This document shows positions 28,692-38,883 of a DNA stretch of 64,000 nt, one piece after another. Where the stretch lies: NCBI GenBank assembly GCA_026387175.1, contig JAPLME010000008.1, positions 13,091 through 77,090 of the forward strand, read 5' to 3'. Below the pieces are notes generated by a model, which searched no databases, was not told where the DNA came from, and saw only the letters and a list, made by a program, of their open reading frames with translations. Numbering within the stretch: the first letter of the stretch is position 1; every line of letters starts with the position of its first letter. Source of the stretch: Candidatus Omnitrophota bacterium. Lineage in GTDB: Bacteria; Omnitrophota; Gorgyraeia; 2-01-FULL-45-10. The position numbers and the translations under genes were made by a program.

Positions 28692-29724
28692 TTTATTAAG
28701 ACAGGATAGCGAATGGCTTAAGGGCACCGGCCCCAACTCGGATATAGTGATGTCGTCGCGCACGCGTCTGGCGCGAAATATCGAAAAGGCGCCATTCTCC
28801 AACCATGCGAACCCGAAACAGCTTGAGGATGTGCTGAACCAGGTCAAGGACGCGGCCCTTTCCGTTAACTTTCTGAAGAACGCGACGTTCTTTCGTCTTA
28901 AGGACCTTAGCGAGGTGGACAGGCTCTTTCTGGTCGAGCGCCACCTGATGAGTCCTGAGCATGCCAGAGATGCGGAATATAAAGGCCTTATAGTGGATCC
29001 CAAAGAGATCGTAAGCATAATGATCAACGAGGAGGACCATTTAAGGATACAGATTTTACAGTCAGGCTTAAACCTGATGGAGTGCTGGAGGATAACGGAC
29101 GAATTAGATACGGAACTTTCTAAGAGGCTGCCATATGCCTACTCGCCGAAATGGGGATATCTTACGGCATGCCCAACCAATTCAGGAACGGGCTTAAGAG
29201 GGTCTGTGATGCTTCATCTTCCGGCCCTGGTCTTCGCCGGGCAGATAAATAAGATACTTCAGGCGATCGGGAAGCTTGGGCTTAATATCAGAGGGTTTTA
29301 CGGGGAAGGGACCGAGGCGACGGGAAATATATTCCAGGTATCCAATCAGGCCTCAATGGGAATGACCGAAGAAGATTTGATCGATAGCATAAACAAGATA
29401 ATAAACCAGACGGTCTACAGGGAGGAGATGACGAGGAAGTCGCTTATCCTGAAGAGTAAAGATGCCCTCACGGACCGTGTGTCGAGGGCTTACGGGACGT
29501 TAAAGAGCGCCCATATAATTTCGAGCAATGAGACGATAACGCTACTTTCCGCGATACGGCTGGGCATAGACCTTGGGGTGGTAAAAAATCTGGACAGAAG
29601 GATGATCAACGAACTTTTTATCCTGACCCAGCCGGCGCACCTGCAGAAGCTGGAAGGCAAGGCCCTGAACGCCAGTGAGCGCGACATAAAACGCGCGGAC
29701 CTGATTCGCGAAAAGATCAAATAA
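28675..29724 (+). CDS. mcsB: Protein arginine kinase McsB
   Basis: SSRTRLARN, INEEDHLRIQ, LTACPTN.GTGLR. Confidence 0.95.
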   Translation: MITINDLLRQDSEWLKGTGPNSDIVMSSRTRLARNIEKAPFSNHANPKQLEDVLNQVKDAALSVNFLKNATFFRLKDLSEVDRLFLVERHLMSPEHARDAEYKGLIVDPKEIVSIMINEEDHLRIQILQSGLNLMECWRITDELDTELSKRLPYAYSPKWGYLTACPTNSGTGLRGSVMLHLPALVFAGQINKILQAIGKLGLNIRGFYGEGTEATGNIFQVSNQASMGMTEEDLIDSINKIINQTVYREEMTRKSLILKSKDALTDRVSRAYGTLKSAHIISSNETITLLSAIRLGIDLGVVKNLDRRMINELFILTQPAHLQKLEGKALNASERDIKRADLIREKIK

Positions 29725-29749
29725 TTTTTATTACGGAGGATAACTAAAG

Positions 29750-32179
29750 ATGCCGATGTTCAATCGTTTTACTGAGAGAGCCAGAAAAGTGATACTTCTA
29801 GCCAAAGAGGAAGCGAAGAGGTTCAATCATGACTATATAGGGACGGAACATATATTGCTGGGGCTGGTAAGGGAAGGCGAAGGAGTTGCCGCCGCGGTGC
29901 TGGCAACCTTCGGATTGAGCCCCGACAAGATAAGGCTGGAAGTCGAAAAGCTTGTGCAGCCCGGCCCCGCGACCGTTGTTTCAGGAGACCTTCCGTTCAC
30001 GCCCAAGGCTAAGAAGGTTATCGAGCTTGCCATAGATGAGGCCAGGTCATTAGGACATAATTACATCGGAACAGAGCATCTGCTGCTGGGGCTTATCAGG
30101 GAGGGGGAGGGAGTTGCCTCTCAAGTCCTGATGAACTTAGGGCTGGAGCTCGATAAGGTCAGAGAAGAAGTTATGAACCTGCTCGGCTCAGAGGTCCCGG
30201 GATATGAAATGGGACAGAAAGTTTCGCAGGCGAAGACCCCGGCCCTTGACGCATTTGGCCGCGACCTGACGAAGCTCGCCAAGGATGATAAACTCGATCC
30301 GGTCATCGGCAGAAAGAACGAAATAGAGCGCGTGATACAGATATTATCAAGGCGCACTAAAAATAATCCTGTACTACTGGGAGAGGCGGGAGTGGGAAAG
30401 ACCGCCATAGTCGAAGGGCTTGCCCTTAAGATAATAGCGGGAGAAGTGCCCGAGACGCTTAGAGAGAGACGTATAATTATACTTGATCTTGCGCTGATGG
30501 TTGCCGGAACGAAATACAGGGGCCAGTTCGAAGAGAGGATCAAGGCGGTGATGGACGAGATAAAGCGCTCTAAAGATATCATCATATTTATAGATGAGCT
30601 TCACACGCTTGTCGGAGCCGGCGGCGCGGAGGGAGCGATCGACGCGTCCAATATAATGAAGCCCGCGCTTTCAAGGGGCGAGATACAATGCATCGGCGCC
30701 ACCACGCTCGATGAATACAGGAAGCATATTGAAAAAGACGCGGCGCTCGAAAGACGGTTCCAGACGATCATGGTCGAACCGCCGAGTGTCGATGAAACCA
30801 TCGAGATATTAAAGGGCTTGCGCGACAGATACGAAGCTCATCACCGCGTAAAATTCACGGATGAGGCGATCGAGGCGGCGGCTAAGTTTTCAGACAGGTA
30901 TATAAGCGGTAGATATCTGCCGGACAAGGCCATAGATCTCATAGATGAGGCCGGCGCCAGAGCGCGTTTATCGGTTATGACGGCTCCGCCGGACGTTAAG
31001 CATATCGAGGAGAAGGCTGAGAAGGTGCATCAGGAAAAGGAGGCCGCTGTAAAGAATCAGGACTTTGAGAAGGCGGCCAAGTTCAGGGACGAGGAGAGGA
31101 AGATCAAGGATGAATTAAATAAGACGAAGAGGGAGTGGAAAGAGTCTAAAGGAAAATTTGAGCCGAAGGTGGTCGGCGATGATATAGCGGTGATAGTCTC
31201 TAAGATAACCGGCATACCTATAGTCAGGATGGAGGAGAAGGAGCAGGATAAATTTCTCAAGATGGAAGAGATACTTCATAAACGCGTTATAGGCCAGGAC
31301 GAGGCCATATCGGCGATAGCTCATGCCGTGAGACGTTCACGCGCCGGTATCAAAGATCCGAGAAGGCCTATAGGCTCTTTCGTATTTCTTGGCCCGACCG
31401 GTGTCGGCAAGACTTTAGTCGGGCGCGCCCTCGCGGAGTTCATGTTCGGCGACGAAGACGCTATCATACAGATAGATATGTCCGAGTATATGGAGAAGTT
31501 CAATGTCTCAAGGCTCGTCGGAGCGCCTCCCGGATATGTCGGATATGAGGAGGGCGGGCAGCTGACTGAAAAAGTGAGGAGAAGGCCCTATTCCGTGGTG
31601 CTGCTGGACGAGATAGAAAAGGCTCATCCCGACGTATTCAATTTACTTCTGCAGATGCTCGAGGAAGGCCGTCTTACCGATTCTTTCGGCAGGAAGGTTG
31701 ATTTTAAGAATACCATTATCATCATGACTTCAAATATAGGCGCTGAGATGCTGAAGAAACAGGGCTCTATAGGGTTTAAGTCTCAGGCCGAGGATGTGAC
31801 ATACCAGTCGATGAAAGAGAGGCTTCTGGACGAAGTCAAGAAAGCATTTAAACCCGAATTCCTGAACAGGGTCGATGACATAATAGTCTTCAGGTCGCTC
31901 ACGAAAGAGGACCTCATCCGGATCGTCGAGCTTGAGGTAAAGGATGTCGAATCGCGCTTGAAAGAACAGCACATCACGATAGAGCTGACCCAGGAAGCAA
32001 AAGAGTTCCTTATCGAGAAAGGATTCGACAGAAATTTTGGCGCTCGCCCGTTAAAGAGGACGATACAGCGTTTTCTGGAAGATCCCATGGCCGAAGAGAT
32101 AATAAAAGGCACGTTCAAGAAGGGCGGTAATGTTAAAATATCCGCGAAGGTGGACCATCTGGTATTTGACTTAAGCTGA
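29750..32179 (+). CDS. clpC: ATP-dependent Clp protease ATPase subunit ClpC
   Basis: Two Clp N repeats, [11 protein letters not shown] middle domain, [13 protein letters not shown]. Confidence 0.96.
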   Translation: MPMFNRFTERARKVILLAKEEAKRFNHDYIGTEHILLGLVREGEGVAAAVLATFGLSPDKIRLEVEKLVQPGPATVVSGDLPFTPKAKKVIELAIDEARSLGHNYIGTEHLLLGLIREGEGVASQVLMNLGLELDKVREEVMNLLGSEVPGYEMGQKVSQAKTPALDAFGRDLTKLAKDDKLDPVIGRKNEIERVIQILSRRTKNNPVLLGEAGVGKTAIVEGLALKIIAGEVPETLRERRIIILDLALMVAGTKYRGQFEERIKAVMDEIKRSKDIIIFIDELHTLVGAGGAEGAIDASNIMKPALSRGEIQCIGATTLDEYRKHIEKDAALERRFQTIMVEPPSVDETIEILKGLRDRYEAHHRVKFTDEAIEAAAKFSDRYISGRYLPDKAIDLIDEAGARARLSVMTAPPDVKHIEEKAEKVHQEKEAAVKNQDFEKAAKFRDEERKIKDELNKTKREWKESKGKFEPKVVGDDIAVIVSKITGIPIVRMEEKEQDKFLKMEEILHKRVIGQDEAISAIAHAVRRSRAGIKDPRRPIGSFVFLGPTGVGKTLVGRALAEFMFGDEDAIIQIDMSEYMEKFNVSRLVGAPPGYVGYEEGGQLTEKVRRRPYSVVLLDEIEKAHPDVFNLLLQMLEEGRLTDSFGRKVDFKNTIIIMTSNIGAEMLKKQGSIGFKSQAEDVTYQSMKERLLDEVKKAFKPEFLNRVDDIIVFRSLTKEDLIRIVELEVKDVESRLKEQHITIELTQEAKEFLIEKGFDRNFGARPLKRTIQRFLEDPMAEEIIKGTFKKGGNVKISAKVDHLVFDLS

Positions 32180-32188
32180 AGCAGGTAG

Positions 32189-33658
32189 TTGCTCATGCGC
32201 CATATAAGAACAAGAAGACGCTACAAGGTAATCTTAATACTGCTCTGTATTATATGCTTTACTGTATTCGTTGAAAACAGAGTCGAGGATCTGATCCCTC
32301 AGCTGAAGAGCCTTGCGGAAGCTAAGGTTGAAGACGCCCTCGGAGGCAAGGCCAGCTTCTCCATCGGATCGATAGACGGAGGCATAATTCATCCTATAGT
32401 GCTGAACGATATACGGATAAAGCGGATGGACGCTTCACAATTCGCTCAGAGTTTTGCGATAGACAGCATACGTACCAACTATTATATTAAAGACGTCATA
32501 AGGGCAGTGAGCGGTTCGGAGTTGTCGCCGCTTCTGGATAAAAATTCCACGACGTATGTGAAGTTCTCGGTTAAGAACGGCGACGTAAAAGGGTTCGTCG
32601 GGTTACATGGAGACCTCAGCGATTCGAGGATCGACGGGTACCTGACCCTGTTTCACGATGATAGGATAAATTTCAGCGGTTACATAAAGAATGGTAAATT
32701 CTACGCGGAGATCAAGCCCGGCAGACCCGGCATGGGATCGGTCAGGGCATTCGGAACCATATCTGCCGATAGCACGTTTATAGTGAATTTTAAATTTGAC
32801 CACTTGAAGGTATCCGGGTTCGATATAGCCTGCGATGCCGTTTTAAAGAATGAATTTATAAAAAATTCAGATACGAATGCTTTGGACCGTATAGAGGGCG
32901 AGTTTGAAGCTCATAATCTGATATTGAACTTTAAGCCGTTTATCGATATCAAGACAAGCTATAAGATCATGCGCGATTCTGTCGAGGTGACAGACCTTAG
33001 TCTTGGAGAGGTATTTAAGGCTTATGGAAAAATCTCTCTGAAGAATCCGAGAGATATGGAGCTGACGCTTTTGGCCAATAATGTCAGCTTAAGCTGGCTC
33101 ATGCTGACATTCGGCAAGAAAGAGGCGACATCGGCGCTTACCGGCACAATGAGCGGCAAATTTGAGCTCAAGGGGCCCCTCAGGAAGGTGAAGGTGACCT
33201 CCCATTTCGATATAAAAGGCGGAACGATAGGGGGCCTCAATTTCGATTATATGACAGCAACCCTGAACGGCGAACTTCCGTTTTTAAAGATAGAGGATTC
33301 CAGGATAACCAGAAATAGCGGATACTTTGCTCTCGCGGGCGAGCTTGATTTAAGGCGTCTCGGTAAGGATAATATGTTCGATAACGTAAAACTTGTCACC
33401 GATGATACGGCGATAACCTGGGACGAATGGAATTCAACGAAGAACAAAGACGGCCAGGAGCTTAATATGAAGAAGAATCTGGTCGGGCATTTCGGTTTTG
33501 GGTATAAAAAATTCGTAAAAGAGGATAAAATAGACGAGTCTCTCAGGGATTCGGATGAGGTGCATTTTGATTACAATCTGCAGGCCAATGACAGTATCAA
33601 GGTCACGGTAGGGCAGGATAAAGATTTTTTCGGTTTCGAACATAAGGACAAATTTTAA
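32189..33658 (+). CDS. Membrane-anchored beta-rich protein, possibly AsmA/TamB-like
   Basis: Basic N-terminus plus one TM helix, then amphipathic beta-strand periodicity; ends in F; precedes mlaEFD. Start TTG 32189 or ATG 32195. Confidence 0.55.
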   Translation: MLMRHIRTRRRYKVILILLCIICFTVFVENRVEDLIPQLKSLAEAKVEDALGGKASFSIGSIDGGIIHPIVLNDIRIKRMDASQFAQSFAIDSIRTNYYIKDVIRAVSGSELSPLLDKNSTTYVKFSVKNGDVKGFVGLHGDLSDSRIDGYLTLFHDDRINFSGYIKNGKFYAEIKPGRPGMGSVRAFGTISADSTFIVNFKFDHLKVSGFDIACDAVLKNEFIKNSDTNALDRIEGEFEAHNLILNFKPFIDIKTSYKIMRDSVEVTDLSLGEVFKAYGKISLKNPRDMELTLLANNVSLSWLMLTFGKKEATSALTGTMSGKFELKGPLRKVKVTSHFDIKGGTIGGLNFDYMTATLNGELPFLKIEDSRITRNSGYFALAGELDLRRLGKDNMFDNVKLVTDDTAITWDEWNSTKNKDGQELNMKKNLVGHFGFGYKKFVKEDKIDESLRDSDEVHFDYNLQANDSIKVTVGQDKDFFGFEHKDKF

Positions 33659-33660
33659 AG

Positions 33661-34464
33661 ATGAAAAATATTATGTCGAAAGCATCGGGATTTACCGGAA
33701 TGCTGGGCCGCAGGTTCCTGAATATGATAAGGTACGCCGGCGGCGTATCGGTGCTTATGGGGCAGACGCTCTTCTGGATCCCGATACCTCCATTGAGGCT
33801 ACGCCATATAGTGGAGCAGATGTCCAGGATCGGCGTGGACTCTCTCCCGATAGTTTCAATGATAAGCCTTTTCACCGGTATGGTGCTTGCGCTTCAGAGC
33901 GCGTATCAGCTTCAACGTTTTGCGGCCGAGATGTATGTGGCTTCGCTGGTCGCGTTTTCGATGACCAGGGAGCTGGCGCCCGTCCTGACGGCGCTTATCA
34001 TAGCGGGAAGGGTCGGAGCGTCGATCACCGCGGAGCTTGGCACCATGAAGGTGACGGAACAGATAGACGCGCTCGAAACTCTGGCGACAAATCCTGTAAA
34101 GTACCTTGTCGTGCCGCGTTTTATGGCCCTTGTGATAACGGCGCCGATCCTTACTTTGTATGCTGACTTCATCGGTATTGTCGGCGGATACCTGGTAGGT
34201 GTATACAAGCTCGGAGTATCTCATGCCATGTATATGAAGAATACGTGGGATCCGCTGAAATATAAAGATATATGGACGGGGCTCGTGAAGAGCCTTGTCT
34301 TCGCGATAATAATTTGCATAGTGGCCTGCTATGAAGGTATGAAGACCGAAGGAGGGGCTGAAGGCGTGGGCCGGGCCACTACGGCGAGCGTCGTCGTAAG
34401 CTTCATATTGATAATAGCGTCCGACTGTTTCATGACGGCGCTTTTCTATTTTATCGGAAGGTAA
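33661..34464 (+). CDS. mlaE: MlaE family ABC permease
   Basis: RELAPVLTALIIAGRVG, AELGTMKVTEQIDAL, GGAEGVGRATT. Confidence 0.94.
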   Translation: MKNIMSKASGFTGMLGRRFLNMIRYAGGVSVLMGQTLFWIPIPPLRLRHIVEQMSRIGVDSLPIVSMISLFTGMVLALQSAYQLQRFAAEMYVASLVAFSMTRELAPVLTALIIAGRVGASITAELGTMKVTEQIDALETLATNPVKYLVVPRFMALVITAPILTLYADFIGIVGGYLVGVYKLGVSHAMYMKNTWDPLKYKDIWTGLVKSLVFAIIICIVACYEGMKTEGGAEGVGRATTASVVVSFILIIASDCFMTALFYFIGR

Positions 34465-34474
34465 TGCGGGAAAT

Positions 34475-35233
34475 ATGATAGAGATAAAAAACGTTCACAG
34501 GTCTTTCGACGGCAATCAGGTGCTGGATGGCGTAAACCTTACTATAAATACGGGGGAGACGACCGTAATCATAGGGCGCTCGGGTTGCGGTAAGAGCGTG
34601 CTCTTAAAGCATATCATAGGGCTTCTCAAGCCCGACTCGGGTCAGATATTGGTTAACGGTAAAGATGTGACGAAGATGGACGATAAAGAGCTTAGCGCCT
34701 TGCGTATGAAGTTCGGAATGTTATTTCAGGGCGCCGCGCTATTCGATTCACTGAACATATTTGAGAATGTGGCCTTCTCAATGATCGAACATACCACCAC
34801 CGACCGCGAGACTATGAGAAAAAGGGTGAAAGAGTGCCTTGCGCTTGTCGGCCTTAAGGGGATAGAGGCTAAGAAACCTGCCGAACTTTCCGGAGGCATG
34901 CGTAAAAGGGTGGGGCTGGCGCGCGCTATTGCCAGATGGCCGCAGATAATGCTCTACGATGAACCGACCACCGGCGTCGACCCGATAATGGGAGACGCGA
35001 TAAACGACCTGATAGTGGATCTTCATAATAAACTGAAGGTAACGTCGATCGCCGTTACGCACGATATGACGAGCGCTTACAAGATAGCGGACAGGATAGC
35101 GATGTTGTACAAAGGCAAGATAATAGTTGTCGGTACCCCGGAAGAGATCAAGAACACTAAGGACCCGGTAGTAAAACAATTCATTACCGGCGCCAGTAAA
35201 GGGCCTATAACTGAAGGTATGGATTTCGATTAA
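34475..35233 (+). CDS. mlaF: MlaF family ABC ATPase
   Basis: GRSGCGKS, FQGAALFDS, LSGGMRKRVGLARA. Confidence 0.92.
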   Translation: MIEIKNVHRSFDGNQVLDGVNLTINTGETTVIIGRSGCGKSVLLKHIIGLLKPDSGQILVNGKDVTKMDDKELSALRMKFGMLFQGAALFDSLNIFENVAFSMIEHTTTDRETMRKRVKECLALVGLKGIEAKKPAELSGGMRKRVGLARAIARWPQIMLYDEPTTGVDPIMGDAINDLIVDLHNKLKVTSIAVTHDMTSAYKIADRIAMLYKGKIIVVGTPEEIKNTKDPVVKQFITGASKGPITEGMDFD

Positions 35234-35278
35234 CCGATTTCGTACCATTTAAAAGAGAGGTAAAATTCGGAGGTATTA

Positions 35279-35950
35279 ATGGAGACGACGAAGGCATTTG
35301 AAATTAAGGTGGGCGCGTTCATACTAGCGGGCGTCGTGATAGGATTTCTGATAATTTTTTCGATCGGCGACATCAACCTGTCGAAAACAGGTTATAAGAT
35401 AGCCGTGAAATTCGATTTCGCGAGCGGTATAGGGGCCGCGGCTCCTGTAAGGCTCTCCGGAGTCGGCGTGGGCAGGGTGGACGGCGTGAATGTTGTATAT
35501 AGCGATAAGGAAAAAAAGTCATATGCCGAGGTGCGCGCCTGGATACAATCTGACGCGAGGATCGAAGAGGACGCCAAGATCACTATAAATACGCTCGGCC
35601 TCCTTGGCGAAAAATATCTTGAGATATACCCCGGCACACCGGGCGCGAGCCTTGTGAAAGACGGGGCTGTCCTCGTAGGGCAGAATCCGGTAGTCATGGA
35701 AAAACTTACGGAGAATCTGGTGGATCTCTCAAATTCCGTAACAACTATAGTGAAGCGCCTTGAAAACGGCGAGGGCACGATAGGTAAGCTTTTAGTCGAG
35801 GATGGAGTTTATAATGATCTGCGATCGATCATGGGTAACGTTAAAGATTTCAGCAGTGATCTTAAATCTACGGGTACGAATTTTAAAGATTTCAGCGAAG
35901 ATCTTAAGAAACACCCCTGGAAGCTGTTAGCGAGGCCAAGGGGAGAATAA
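35279..35950 (+). CDS. mlaD: MlaD/MCE-domain protein
   Basis: N-terminal TM, PVRLSGVGVGRV, GLLGEKYLEI.PG, helical tail ending in HPW. Confidence 0.92.
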   Translation: METTKAFEIKVGAFILAGVVIGFLIIFSIGDINLSKTGYKIAVKFDFASGIGAAAPVRLSGVGVGRVDGVNVVYSDKEKKSYAEVRAWIQSDARIEEDAKITINTLGLLGEKYLEIYPGTPGASLVKDGAVLVGQNPVVMEKLTENLVDLSNSVTTIVKRLENGEGTIGKLLVEDGVYNDLRSIMGNVKDFSSDLKSTGTNFKDFSEDLKKHPWKLLARPRGE

Positions 35951-35952
35951 GG

Positions 35953-35973
35953 GCCGATGTCAGAGACATCGGC
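35953..35973. other. Intergenic hairpin
   Basis: GCCGATGTC-AGA-GACATCGGC, perfect 9-bp stem with no U-tract. Confidence 0.55.
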
Positions 35974-36012
35974 ACTTAGCTTGTAATACGGCTGAATAAA
36001 CTAGGAGAGAGC

Positions 36013-37038
36013 ATGACGATAACATTTTTAAGGTTATTCTTTGTATTCTTGAGCTGTATAGTAGGTTATTATGTAGGGTCTCTGTTAACAGGTTTTAGCG
36101 CCAAAGGCTCTTATATGGGCGCCAGTATGGGAGGATTCGGCTCTCTCGCGATAATTCTGCTGGAGCTGGGCATGAAAAGGCTTTCGATAAGGAACCTTTC
36201 CGCTGCGGTCTTTGGACTCATCTTCGGGTTCTTCATGGCGTGGATCGTGACAAGCGTGCTTCGTCTTATCCCGATGTCGATAGAACTATTCGCATCGCTG
36301 CAGATAATAATGATATTAATCTTTTGCTATCTGGGTATGGTGATCGCGATGAGAGGGAAGGATGAATTCAATCTGATCATACCCTATGTCAAATTTGTGA
36401 GGCAGGATAAGAAAGACGATATAATTCTTTTGGATACAAGTGTTATTATTGACGGCAGGGCTGCCGACATGCTGCATACTAAATTCATCGAGGGCAGGCT
36501 GGTTATCCCGCGTTTTGTTCTGAGGGAGCTTCAGCAGATAGCCGATTCGCAGGATGCCTTGAAGCGTAACCGGGGGCGCCGAGGCCTCGATATATTGAAT
36601 AAGCTGCAGAAGTCCACTGATTTCGATGTGCGTATCCAGGAAGAGGATTTTCCTGATGTAAAAGAAGTAGATGCGAAGCTCGTTAAATTGGCGAAGCTTC
36701 TTGGAGCCAAAGTATTGACCAACGATTTCAACCTGAATAAGGTTGCTGAACTGCAGGGCGTGACTGTGCTGAATATAAATGAGCTTGCCAATGCCCTGAG
36801 GCCGGTGGTGCTGCCGGGTGAGGTGATGGAAGTCAGGATCAGCAAAGAAGGCAAGGAGCATAACCAGGGCATCGCTTACCTCGATGACGGCACTATGATC
36901 GTGATCGATAACTCCAAACATTTAATATCTCAGTCTGTCAATGTCGTTGTTACGAGCGTGCTTCAGACCTCCGCCGGTAGAATGATATTCGCGAAACTTG
37001 AAGATCCAGCAAAGGCCGGCAGCGGAAAGCAGAGATGA
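36013..37038 (+). CDS. PIN/TRAM domain membrane protein (YacL-like)
   Basis: 4 TM helices, LDTSVIIDGR, RGRRGLDIL, TNDFNL, TRAM segment YLDDGTMIV, QTSAGRMIFA. Confidence 0.92.
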   Translation: MTITFLRLFFVFLSCIVGYYVGSLLTGFSAKGSYMGASMGGFGSLAIILLELGMKRLSIRNLSAAVFGLIFGFFMAWIVTSVLRLIPMSIELFASLQIIMILIFCYLGMVIAMRGKDEFNLIIPYVKFVRQDKKDDIILLDTSVIIDGRAADMLHTKFIEGRLVIPRFVLRELQQIADSQDALKRNRGRRGLDILNKLQKSTDFDVRIQEEDFPDVKEVDAKLVKLAKLLGAKVLTNDFNLNKVAELQGVTVLNINELANALRPVVLPGEVMEVRISKEGKEHNQGIAYLDDGTMIVIDNSKHLISQSVNVVVTSVLQTSAGRMIFAKLEDPAKAGSGKQR

Positions 37039-37712
37039 GCTTAGCTCGGACGGTAGCGATAGTACCGGCTGCCGGTTACGGCAGCCGACTGGCCCTCAAG
37101 ACCAAGAAACCTTTTGTTCTTCTGAAGGGAAAGCCCATTATAGCGCATACGCTCGAAGCGCTCGAAAGATGTAAGGCGGTAGATGAGATTGTAATAGCCT
37201 CCGAATCGTCCTGTGTTGGTAGATTCAAGGACCTGGTTAGAAGATACCGTTTCGGCAAAGTGAGCGGTATCGTCATTGGCGGCAAGACGCGCTTCGAATC
37301 CGTGAAAAATTGCCTGATGAAGATAGGCCCCTCATTTGATATAGTGATAGTTCATGATGGCGCGCGGCCGTTCGTAGATGATACCGCTATCTCCGAATCA
37401 GTAAGGCTGGCTCGAAAGTTCGGCGCCTGCATTGTGGGGACGCCTGAGACCGACACGGTCAAGCTTGTTGACAAGAGGCTTTTTATAAAGAAGACGCTTA
37501 ATAGAAACAGAATATTCCGCGCCGAGACGCCGCAAGTTTTTAAATATGACATCATAAAAAAAGCTTACGCGACTACGGATAAGGCCAAAATAACAGACGA
37601 CGCTGGCCTTGTGGAGCATTTAGGAATGCCGGTTAAAATCTTAATCGGAACGCGTAATAACATGAAGATCACCACGAAAGAGGACTTGAGATTAGCGGAG
37701 GCGCTATTATGA
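37035..37712 (+). CDS. ispD: 2-C-methyl-D-erythritol 4-phosphate cytidylyltransferase
   Basis: PAAGYGSR, HDGARP, TPQVF, TDDA, KITT.EDL. Confidence 0.95.
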   Translation: MSLARTVAIVPAAGYGSRLALKTKKPFVLLKGKPIIAHTLEALERCKAVDEIVIASESSCVGRFKDLVRRYRFGKVSGIVIGGKTRFESVKNCLMKIGPSFDIVIVHDGARPFVDDTAISESVRLARKFGACIVGTPETDTVKLVDKRLFIKKTLNRNRIFRAETPQVFKYDIIKKAYATTDKAKITDDAGLVEHLGMPVKILIGTRNNMKITTKEDLRLAEALL

Positions 37713-38185
37713 GGGTCGGCATAGGTTACGATATACACAGGCTGGTCGAGGAACGGAAACTTTTTCTGGGGGGAGTTGAAATACCGTATATTAAGGGGCT
37801 TCTGGGATATTCGGACGGTGATGTCGTTATGCACGCGATAGCGGACGCGATGCTGGGCGCTCTTGCCCTCGGCGATATAGGGCAGCATTTTCCCAATACC
37901 GATCCCAAATACAAGGGCATATCCAGCGGTGAACTGGTTAAAAAAGTGCTTATAATGGTTAAAGAGAAAAACTTTGTGGTGAATAACGTTGACACTATGA
38001 TACTTGCCGAAGAGCCGAAGGTATTTCCGTTCAGAGACAGGATGGTCGAGGTATTATCAGCAGTATTGGGTGTCGCTAAAGATAGGATTAACATAAAAGC
38101 AACTACCGCCGAAGGCGTCGGCGCGATAGGCAAAGGCGAAGCGATATCCGCATATGCCGTAGTGACACTGGAAGAGAAGGAGTGA
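37709..38185 (+). CDS. ispF: MECDP synthase
   Basis: [29 protein letters not shown]. Confidence 0.95.
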   Translation: MRVGIGYDIHRLVEERKLFLGGVEIPYIKGLLGYSDGDVVMHAIADAMLGALALGDIGQHFPNTDPKYKGISSGELVKKVLIMVKEKNFVVNNVDTMILAEEPKVFPFRDRMVEVLSAVLGVAKDRINIKATTAEGVGAIGKGEAISAYAVVTLEEKE

Positions 38186-38189
38186 CAAT

Positions 38190-38876
38190 ATGACCGTATG
38201 CATACATGTGGTATTTAATATTCTGCTGATCTTTGTCGCGTTCTGGGCCATTATCGCGATATCTTTTCGCGGAGAGATAAAGGCCGTTTTCGATCGCGAT
38301 CCCGCGGCGGTTAATTTTCTCGAGGTACTGCTAACGTATTCGGGCCTTCACGCGATAATCTTCTACAGGATAGCCCACTCGCTCCGGCGATTTAAAATAC
38401 CGTTCTTCCCGAGGTGGCTGTCTCAAGTAGGGAAGTTCTTTACCGGTATCGAAATACATCCCGGCGCCGAAATAGGCAGCGGGTTCTTCATCGACCACGG
38501 CATGGGCGTGGTCATAGGCGAGACTACGGTGATAGGTGATAACGTGCTTCTATACCAGGGCGTTACGCTCGGGGGAACTGGCTTGCAGAAAGGCAAGAGA
38601 CATCCCACTATCGGGAATAACGTTGTCATAGGCGCGGGCGCCAAAGTCCTCGGCAATATAACTATAGGTGATAGCTCATATATCGGAGCGAACGCGGTTG
38701 TCATTAGAGATGTGCCGCCCAACTCTACGGTAGTGGGAGTGCCCGGACGCGTTACGAAACAGGACGGAAAAAAGCTGGATGTGAGCCTTGACCACATGCA
38801 TGTGCTCGATCCGATACTTCAGGAGATAGACGAGCTTAAGAAGAAGATCGAAACGTTGGAGAAGAGGGGAGATTAA
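38190..38876 (+). CDS. cysE: Serine O-acetyltransferase with hydrophobic N-terminal extension
   Basis: [38 protein letters not shown]. Confidence 0.93.
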   Translation: MTVCIHVVFNILLIFVAFWAIIAISFRGEIKAVFDRDPAAVNFLEVLLTYSGLHAIIFYRIAHSLRRFKIPFFPRWLSQVGKFFTGIEIHPGAEIGSGFFIDHGMGVVIGETTVIGDNVLLYQGVTLGGTGLQKGKRHPTIGNNVVIGAGAKVLGNITIGDSSYIGANAVVIRDVPPNSTVVGVPGRVTKQDGKKLDVSLDHMHVLDPILQEIDELKKKIETLEKRGD

Positions 38877-38883
38877 GCGCGCC

